NCBI GenBank assembly: GCA_049970095.1 | Contig: JBMFNP010000002.1 | Span: 4,143 to 68,142 of the forward strand | Reading direction: 5' to 3' | Source of the DNA: Thermoplasmata archaeon | Lineage (GTDB): Archaea > Thermoplasmatota > Thermoplasmata > Lutacidiplasmatales > SKW197 | DNA length: 64,000 bases | In this document: positions 57,651 to 64,000 of the stretch, piece by piece | Layout: each line of letters starts with the position of its first letter | Numbering within the stretch: position 1 is the first letter of the stretch | Notes under the pieces: generated by a model | Databases searched by the model: none | Seen by the model: only the letters and a program-made list of their open reading frames with translations | What the model was told of the DNA's origin: nothing | Translations under genes and position numbers: made by a program

Positions 57651-58625
57651 TCATTTCTTTCTCTCAAGGAGGCACACATGTCTCACAAGGCTCCGGTGCA
57701 CATAGATTTTGTGGATTTCCAGAATTTCAAAACCCCTGATTTTCTCATTAGGCACAAATGGAAGCACTATCACAAGTTTCTTTCCGTTCTGAAGTAAGTT
57801 ACTGAACTTTTCAAAAGCCCTTTCATAAAGCGAGGTAATGTTCTCTTTTTTTGTGGTGGCACTTTTTCCATAAGGAGGGTCTGTGACCACTGCATCCACT
57901 TCGCCAGTTTTGAGAGGAATCTCACCCACATCTCCGCAGAACATTTCGTAGTCCTTTATACTATAAAACTCCAGATTTTTTTTTGCACCCTCAACAAGTT
58001 TTTCCTCAATATCATTCCCCACAACCCTTGCACCTAGAAGCCCCGCTTCTATTAGAATTCCGCCAGTCCCGCAAAATGGGTCAAGCACAACATCGCCTTT
58101 TTTCACCCCTGCCAAATTCACCATTGCCCTCGCAATTTTCGGATGAATTGAAATAGGCATGAAAAATGGCCTGTTTTTTGGCTCCCTCATAAAAAATTCT
58201 CTATTAGGAACTTCCCAGATTTTTTTGCACATCCAAAATTCCTCCTCAACCCTGAAGACATAAAAGAGTACATCTGGTTTTTTCAGATTTACCTTCCCCT
58301 TAATGCAACCTCCAATTTTTCTTTCAAGTTCATGATTGTGCTCAACCCTCACACAGAATGTGCTCCCTACACTGATACCAGATGCATAGGAGACAATTTC
58401 TTCAAGACTACCTCTTGCAAGCAGCACAAACGCACGCTGCCATAGTGCCAGGCGTTTCAATGCATCTAAGGGATCTTTTTCCCCATGGATTTCAATACAC
58501 CATTTTTTTCCAGAGCGCCAGATAACTTCAGAAGGAAGATTTTCTGCACAAAGCATGTGCAAGAGTTCTGCATCTGGCAATTCCTTGTACCCCATATTCT
58601 TTTCAAGCAGAATTTTCATCTTCAA
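57651..58625 (-). CDS. tRNA (guanine10-N2)-methyltransferase Trm-G10/Trm11-like (THUMP + Rossmann MTase)
   Basis: SAM motif I DPFCGTGGILIEA and motif IV VVTDPPYG. N-terminal THUMP-like region. Confidence 0.7.
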   Translation of the reverse strand: MKMKILLEKNMGYKELPDAELLHMLCAENLPSEVIWRSGKKWCIEIHGEKDPLDALKRLALWQRAFVLLARGSLEEIVSYASGISVGSTFCVRVEHNHELERKIGGCIKGKVNLKKPDVLFYVFRVEEEFWMCKKIWEVPNREFFMREPKNRPFFMPISIHPKIARAMVNLAGVKKGDVVLDPFCGTGGILIEAGLLGARVVGNDIEEKLVEGAKKNLEFYSIKDYEMFCGDVGEIPLKTGEVDAVVTDPPYGKSATTKKENITSLYERAFEKFSNLLQNGKKLVIVLPFVPNEKIRGFEILEIHKIYVHRSLVRHVCLLERKK

Positions 58626-59052
58626 TCCTCACACGCATGTTTTCTACATGGGAACCGTACCAGTAAAGTTTTCTGCATTTTCTGCAGTACCAGAATTCTG
58701 AAAACCTGAGTAATACCCTTTCTGGAACCTTTCCCCTAGCAAAACCCGTGTCCACCCTCTCAATCACAGAATTGCACTCACTGCACCTTGTGAGCTCTAA
58801 AGATACTTTTATTCCTAGTTTTTCCTTCAGTTCTTCAATCTGTCCGCATACATCCATATTCTTCAGGAGCACAGCATTGCTGGCATTCTCAGCCAGTTTT
58901 TTATCCCTCGTGAGCAGGATTCTTTCCTCACTTTTTGCAATCTGTATAATATCAACATCGGATTTCCCAGCATCTGGATAAATTACATCGTAACCCAATA
59001 ATCTAAGCCATCTTGCAAGTCTTCCCAGCATATGGTCTGCAACGAACCTCAT
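58603..59052 (-). CDS. Mut7-C (PIN-like) RNase domain protein with C-terminal zinc ribbon
   Basis: MRFVADHMLGRLARWLRLLGYDV... and C-terminal CSECNS...CRKCRK. Confidence 0.65.
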   Translation of the reverse strand: MRFVADHMLGRLARWLRLLGYDVIYPDAGKSDVDIIQIAKSEERILLTRDKKLAENASNAVLLKNMDVCGQIEELKEKLGIKVSLELTRCSECNSVIERVDTGFARGKVPERVLLRFSEFWYCRKCRKLYWYGSHVENMRVRIEDENSA

Positions 59053-59690
59053 TTTCCACTTTTCTCCAGTTGGTATTTGAGGAGCACACCATTACCTAAT
59101 TTTTCATATGATATTAAATTAAGGTGCACAATTTCATCAATACTCCAGGCACCCTTTCCATCAGCCATTGTGGGTGCATTTCTTCCACCAATCACCATGC
59201 TCCCCACATATACATTTATCTCATCCACAAGTCTTTTACTTAGGAACTCCCAGATCACGGTGCCACCCCCCTCTACCAGCATCCTTCTTATTCCCAATTT
59301 TTCAAGTTCTTCAGTGGCTTTCACAATATCCACTCTCCCCCTTCCGCATCTGAGCATTGTAGCATTTCTAAAGTTTTTTGTGCACTCTTCTGATGTAATT
59401 ATTATGGTTTTTGCAGCACCATCAAGCACATGTGCATTCTCTGGTGTTCTTCCATGCGAGTCAAGCACAATTCTTGCGGGCTGTCTTGGATGTGCTACAT
59501 ATTTTTCTTTCACTGTAAGCTTCGGGTCGTCTGCAAGCACCGTTCCCACACCAACGAGCACACCATCCACAGAATTTCGAAGATTGTGAACCCTGATAAT
59601 GTCTTCCTCGCATGAGATTCTTGTCTGTTTTCGTGTGTTGAGCGCAAGTTTTCCATCCAGACTCATTGCACAGTTAACTATGATGTACAT
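59049..59690 (-). CDS. 2,5-diamino-6-ribosylamino-4(3H)-pyrimidinone 5'-phosphate reductase (RibD C-terminal/DHFR-like reductase)
   Basis: MYIIVNCAMSLDGKLA...RVHNLRNSVDGVLVGVGTVLADDPKLT...RMLVEGGGTV. Confidence 0.75.
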   Translation of the reverse strand: MYIIVNCAMSLDGKLALNTRKQTRISCEEDIIRVHNLRNSVDGVLVGVGTVLADDPKLTVKEKYVAHPRQPARIVLDSHGRTPENAHVLDGAAKTIIITSEECTKNFRNATMLRCGRGRVDIVKATEELEKLGIRRMLVEGGGTVIWEFLSKRLVDEINVYVGSMVIGGRNAPTMADGKGAWSIDEIVHLNLISYEKLGNGVLLKYQLEKSGK

Positions 59691-59694
59691 ACCC

Positions 59695-60045
59695 TTATAG
59701 TGTTCTGTCAAGAATTTCATTCAATTCTTTTTCAAACAGTGCCACAAAACTCTTTACCATCTCTTCTTTCATCTCTGGTGGCATTGCTGCAAGCCCCAGT
59801 TTTGCAGTGCATTTTCCGATTTTAGCAATTGCATACATCTCCCTCATCCTTGCCTCAATTAGGATTGCAATTGCCTCTCTGAACTCCTTTTTTATCTCGG
59901 GGTTTTCATTGAGTTTGTTTTTCAGATAATCCTTGATTTCTTCTTTTATCAGGTCTTTTGTAGCATCCACGATAAAGTCCTCTGGATTCAGCACTTCCTT
60001 AGTAGTGCTGAGCATCTTCCGCACAAAGTCCTCTTTTTCTGCCAT
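59695..60045 (-). CDS. hypothetical helical protein
   Basis: ORF with K/E-rich helices. No family assigned. Confidence 0.4.
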   Translation of the reverse strand: MAEKEDFVRKMLSTTKEVLNPEDFIVDATKDLIKEEIKDYLKNKLNENPEIKKEFREAIAILIEARMREMYAIAKIGKCTAKLGLAAMPPEMKEEMVKSFVALFEKELNEILDRTL

Positions 60046-60134
60046 GTCAAGGAGATGGGTGGTGTGGTATTAAATGTTTCGGAAGAAGTGTTTACATTCT
60101 CCGGGGCATAAAGGGTTGAGAATGTTTCAAATTT

Positions 60135-61298
60135 TTACTTGTGGGTGAGTGAGCCAAAGATGCTTGCAATTACACCAAGGACAGCAAGCGGAATACATAA
60201 TACCATCATGGAGAGAATTGCAATGGTTATGGAAATATCTGCAAGATAGCCACAGAATGGTGCCAGAGGAATAAGAATTGCTGTGTAAATCACACTTAAA
60301 TAACTTAGCATCACCCCGCGCTTGTCTGATGGAACCTCAAGGTTGATATAGTAAATCATGAGAGGCATCATAAGCCCTGTGGTAAAACTAATAATTAACA
60401 ACCCTGAAACTGCCAGTATCCCTTGTGTAAATAAAAGTATCAGAATGCTAAAGATTGGAAGCACAGAAAAAATTGCAATTGTCCTTCTTCTGAGAATTTT
60501 TTCAACTTTGAACATTGACACTGACGCAAGAGCACCTACAAAGGTAAACACAAGGTAGATTATACCCATCTGGTTTACACTAAAGCCCGCACTGTAAAGG
60601 AAAGGTTGCTTCAGAATGATCATTACCGCATCAAATGCAGAATAAATTCCTCCAATCATAAGGAGAAGGTAAAGCAAATGTTTTTTTCGCACAATTTTCA
60701 AACTATCCTTTAACTGGCTCAGAAAATCCTCTTTTTTTACTGTTATGTGGGAACAGGGGAGCATGAAAGGGAAAAGTGCAGAAAACAGAATTATTAGCCC
60801 ACTGAGAAGAATTGGAAACTGGAGCGAAAACAAGTTCCCAAGAAAGCCACCCTCAAACCCAGCAATTCCAACAGCTACATATGAAATTCCCATTCCTATG
60901 CCGTACACCCTTGTAAACTCCTGCTCTTTTCCAGAAAGATGCATGTAATCAAAGAGCCAGGCAGCATCACCCACATTCTTAAGCGCTACCCCTCCAGCCC
61001 AGAGCACATACGAGAATACCACAACCCAGAAGGACACGGGAAATGCAAACACAATAATTGCCATTCCCACAAAAAGTGAACTCAGTGCCATAATGTAAGT
61101 TCTGGGGTATCTGTCCGAGAGCAAACCTGCTGGTATCTGGAAAATGAAAAGAGCAAGCCAGTAAATTGAGTCAATTAATCCCACCTGAATCATTGTAAAA
61201 TTATGCTCAAGAAGGAAGAGTACCCAGATTGGAGAGAATAGAAAAGTATAACTTAGAAAGGTATAAATATAAAAAATTAGAATGTGCTGTTTTATCAT
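60135..61298 (-). CDS. MFS-family transporter
   Basis: About 12 TM helices. Start trimmed to MIKQHIL. Confidence 0.7.
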   Translation of the reverse strand: MIKQHILIFYIYTFLSYTFLFSPIWVLFLLEHNFTMIQVGLIDSIYWLALFIFQIPAGLLSDRYPRTYIMALSSLFVGMAIIVFAFPVSFWVVVFSYVLWAGGVALKNVGDAAWLFDYMHLSGKEQEFTRVYGIGMGISYVAVGIAGFEGGFLGNLFSLQFPILLSGLIILFSALFPFMLPCSHITVKKEDFLSQLKDSLKIVRKKHLLYLLLMIGGIYSAFDAVMIILKQPFLYSAGFSVNQMGIIYLVFTFVGALASVSMFKVEKILRRRTIAIFSVLPIFSILILLFTQGILAVSGLLIISFTTGLMMPLMIYYINLEVPSDKRGVMLSYLSVIYTAILIPLAPFCGYLADISITIAILSMMVLCIPLAVLGVIASIFGSLTHK

Positions 61299-61308
61299 TG
61301 GCAAATAA

Positions 61309-62541
61309 TCAACTTCCAAATTTCTCAGAGCGTGCAGTTAACTGCAGAAGCACATGGAGAAGGTTCCTGCCGAGAATGTGTCCCATTCCTCCCTTTGCAC
61401 ATGCAATTTCATCAAAACTTCTAACAGCGTCTCTACGAACCCCTGGTCCATATATTGCGAGAGGTACTGCATCACCAGTATGGTCTTTCACGCTGACTGG
61501 TGTTGTATGGTCCGCAGTCAATGCCATCACAAACTCCTGCCCTGAATTCCTTAGAATATAATTCATTGCCTCATCAATTCTTTGGATTACCTTTACCTTT
61601 TCCCTTGCGTTTCCATCATGTCCACAGATATCTGGTGCCTTTATGTTGATGAACACCAGGTCATAATTGTCAAGTGCTTTTACTGCTGCCTCACTCTTTG
61701 CAATCATATCTGTATCCAGACCACCAGTTGCCCCTTTAACTTCCAAGATATCAAGCCCTGCAACTCTGCAGACGCCTTTTACAAGGGCAATGCCAGTAAT
61801 GGCAGCCCCCTTTATGTGATGAATTTCTTCTATCTTTGGAATGTGGGGTACAATTCCCGCACCTCTAGGGAGCACAATATTTGCAGGGGGCAACCCTTTT
61901 GCGATTCTCTCCCTGTTCACCGGGTGGTCCTTCAGAATCCTGTAACTTTCTCTTACAAACTGATTTACAACTCTTGCAGTAAGTTCCGCATCTGGCTTCA
62001 GGGCTTTCACATCCTGCACTTTCTGGTTTTCTGCATGGGGGTCCGCATCTGTAATGTAGGGGCTCAGTCCATTCCCGCGGAGCACAAGCACTGCCCTGTG
62101 TTCTATGGACTCCTTGAAAAGCACTTTGACATTCTCAATTTCCATGCCATCCAGCGATTTTGCAATTTCTGCAGTACCCTCCTTTATTCTTCCTGCCCTC
62201 CGGTCCTTCACAACCAGATTTTCATCCACCGTTGAAAAATTGCATCTGAAAGCCACATCTCCACCTTTCACTTCCAGCCCAACACCTGCTGCCTCATACG
62301 GACCTCTTCCAGTATAAATCTTATAGGGATCATAACCAAGAATTGCAAGATGGGAAGTGTCGCTTCCAGCACGAATTCCCACATCTATTGGATACATCAT
62401 TCCACAGATGCCTTTCCGCGCAATTCTGTTCAAAGCAGGTTTTTTTGCCATCTGCAAAGGAGTTTTTCCACCAAATTCTTTAACTGGTCTATCTCCAAGC
62501 CCGTCGCATATTACAATCAGGATTTTTTCTAAACCAGCCAT
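61309..62541 (-). CDS. apgM: 2,3-bisphosphoglycerate-independent phosphoglycerate mutase, archaeal type
   Basis: [19 protein letters not shown]...[13 protein letters not shown], the ApgM signature. Confidence 0.9.
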   Translation of the reverse strand: MAGLEKILIVICDGLGDRPVKEFGGKTPLQMAKKPALNRIARKGICGMMYPIDVGIRAGSDTSHLAILGYDPYKIYTGRGPYEAAGVGLEVKGGDVAFRCNFSTVDENLVVKDRRAGRIKEGTAEIAKSLDGMEIENVKVLFKESIEHRAVLVLRGNGLSPYITDADPHAENQKVQDVKALKPDAELTARVVNQFVRESYRILKDHPVNRERIAKGLPPANIVLPRGAGIVPHIPKIEEIHHIKGAAITGIALVKGVCRVAGLDILEVKGATGGLDTDMIAKSEAAVKALDNYDLVFINIKAPDICGHDGNAREKVKVIQRIDEAMNYILRNSGQEFVMALTADHTTPVSVKDHTGDAVPLAIYGPGVRRDAVRSFDEIACAKGGMGHILGRNLLHVLLQLTARSEKFGS

Positions 62542-63284
62542 ATTATCACCACCGCAAGCATTACAGTGAGGGAGATAGAGAAAAGGTTATTTGTGCCTTT
62601 TGTTAACAGTCCCCTGTTTTCAAGTGTAGCTCCCAAAACACTATCTATCTGGCAGCCTGCAAACCCTAAAATACAAACAAAAGATATGTTCTGGAGAATG
62701 CTCCATGCGTCATGCACATAAATTTCCCCGAGAATTCCGAAAAACCCTATGCCAATAACGCTTACGAATAAACTACCGGTGAATGCCCAGCAAAGCCCCA
62801 GTACTGAGATACCCCCATTCGTGCCTCTTGCCACCCTCCTGAAATTTGTGATAAGATATACTCTGTCAGATAGAACACCAATCTCACTGGCGAGTGTATC
62901 TGCGGCAGCCCCAGCTATGGCTACCAGGTAAAAAAGCACATATTGGGTATGCGTAAATCCAGATGAATAAAAGTGTGAGAGAAAAGCAATTCCCATGGGC
63001 ACACATCCATTTGCAATCACATTTTTCCACCCACGCTCTCCAGCAACTCCTTCTTGCAATCCAAGTTCTTTCTTTGTTTTAAACTTGTATTTTGTCGCAA
63101 AGAAACTGGCAAACAGAAAAAGGAGGAGAAGAAGAAGCCAGGGATAACCTCCAAAGAGACCGATACAAAATCCTACCACAAATGCGGAAACAGTGCCTGG
63201 CAAATCCAATAAATGCTTCCAGTAAGCAAGTACACCAATTAGAATGCATGTCCCAAATGTAAAAAGTAAATTTACCAACTCCAT
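62529..63284 (-). CDS. DUF92/TMEM19-family integral membrane protein
   Basis: About seven TM helices and a conserved GGISVLG/NGGISxxG region. Confidence 0.7.
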   Translation of the reverse strand: MELVNLLFTFGTCILIGVLAYWKHLLDLPGTVSAFVVGFCIGLFGGYPWLLLLLLFLFASFFATKYKFKTKKELGLQEGVAGERGWKNVIANGCVPMGIAFLSHFYSSGFTHTQYVLFYLVAIAGAAADTLASEIGVLSDRVYLITNFRRVARGTNGGISVLGLCWAFTGSLFVSVIGIGFFGILGEIYVHDAWSILQNISFVCILGFAGCQIDSVLGATLENRGLLTKGTNNLFSISLTVMLAVVIIWLV

Positions 63285-63307
63285 TCTTTTTCCTGCCTAA
63301 ATGCCGT

Positions 63308-63454
63308 TTATTCCTTTGGAAATTCATGCCCACATTTTGGGCATTTAATATAACCGCAATCTCCAAATGTGGAAGAGGCGCAACCTCTGCATGCAAAGCT
63401 CCTTCCATATAGCGTATCAAACTTGAAGCCACATTTTGGGCATATGACTATCAT
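63308..63454 (-). CDS. small zinc-ribbon protein
   Basis: MIVICPKCGFKF...CRGC...CPKCGHEF, two CxxC pairs plus extra Cys. Confidence 0.5.
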   Translation of the reverse strand: MIVICPKCGFKFDTLYGRSFACRGCASSTFGDCGYIKCPKCGHEFPKE

Positions 63455-63464
63455 TTTTCCACCC

Positions 63465-64000
63465 CTACACACCTGCAAATTCAAGTGCATTCCTGCATGC
63501 GCAATGCCTTTCTGGTGTGGCAGGGATGCAATCCGCCAGAATCTTCTTTATATTTTCAATGTTCTTCTGCATTGTTGTGATTATCTCGTGTGCCTCAACA
63601 GGTTTTTCTGCCCATACATCATAGTCAGTAATCTGGCACAAACTTGCATAGCACATCTCCAGCTCTCTAGCAAGCTGGGCCTCTGGCACCAGTGTCATCC
63701 CTATGATATCTGCAAAATTTCTGAACATCTTGCTTTCAGCTCTTGTTGAAAATCTCGGGCCCTCTATGCACACATATGTTCCATGGGAGTGTGTTTTTAT
63801 TCCCAGTTTTTCAGCACTGGCACATAGAATTTTTCGTAGTTCAGGGCAGAACGGGTCAGCCATTGAGATATGATAGGTTTTTCCACCATCGTAAAACGAA
63901 TAATCCCTTTTCTTAGTAAAATCAATGAACTGGTCAGGGATTACCAGATGCCCTGGTTCCATCTCCATTTTCAACGATCCAACTGTTTGAATGGAATATA
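63465..64000 (-). CDS. S-methyl-5'-thioadenosine phosphorylase / PNP-family, C-terminal ~170 aa (N-terminus beyond window)
   Basis: PNP/MTAP family C-terminal region (...GTYVCIEGPRFSTRAESKMF...GMTLVPEA...). Confidence 0.75.
   Translation of the reverse strand, partial: YSIQTVGSLKMEMEPGHLVIPDQFIDFTKKRDYSFYDGGKTYHISMADPFCPELRKILCASAEKLGIKTHSHGTYVCIEGPRFSTRAESKMFRNFADIIGMTLVPEAQLARELEMCYASLCQITDYDVWAEKPVEAHEIITTMQKNIENIKKILADCIPATPERHCACRNALEFAGV

Noticed and set aside
59032-59589. 185-aa plus ORF
   Set aside because: It is antisense to the RibD-like reductase gene. It is Ser/Pro/Thr-rich.
61582-62235. 217-aa plus ORF
   Set aside because: It is antisense to apgM.
1-64000. CRISPR arrays, rRNA genes, IS transposases, integrases
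   Set aside because: No regularly spaced direct repeats were found. No rRNA-like conserved stretches were found. No transposase or integrase-like ORFs were found.

Overview
This window reads as archaeal, probably euryarchaeal, chromosomal DNA. Promoters are TATA/BRE type with GGTGA/GGAGG ribosome-binding sites. Typical archaeal genes are present: aIF2-gamma, S6e, acidic-tailed L10/L12, ScpA/ScpB, Pelota, Nep1, Trm-G10, archaeal ApgM, tungsten AOR, KorDAB. Coding density is high with many 4-8 nt gene overlaps. Housekeeping operons: korD-korA-korB-sucC-sucD; smc-scpA-scpB-nadC; rpl1-rpl10-rpl12; rps6e-aIF2gamma-FAD oxidoreductase-nep1. The accessory-looking parts are a surface/glycosylation region and several lineage-specific paralog families. 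The surface region holds a frameshifted gmd, a GT4 glycosyltransferase, an FG-GAP protein, a BNR/Asp-box protein, a secreted amidohydrolase with CARDB domains, and several C-terminally TM-anchored proteins. The paralog families are a divergently transcribed pair of two-domain KaiC-like ATPases and two tandem-duplicated Lrp/AsnC-like regulators. There are also unusual zinc-ribbon/TPR/RING-like proteins and one tRNA-Pro. A family of short GGGG-terminated inverted-repeat elements (MITE-like or upstream regulatory modules) sits just upstream of TATA boxes of unrelated genes. No CRISPR array, rRNA or obvious IS/transposase gene was found.
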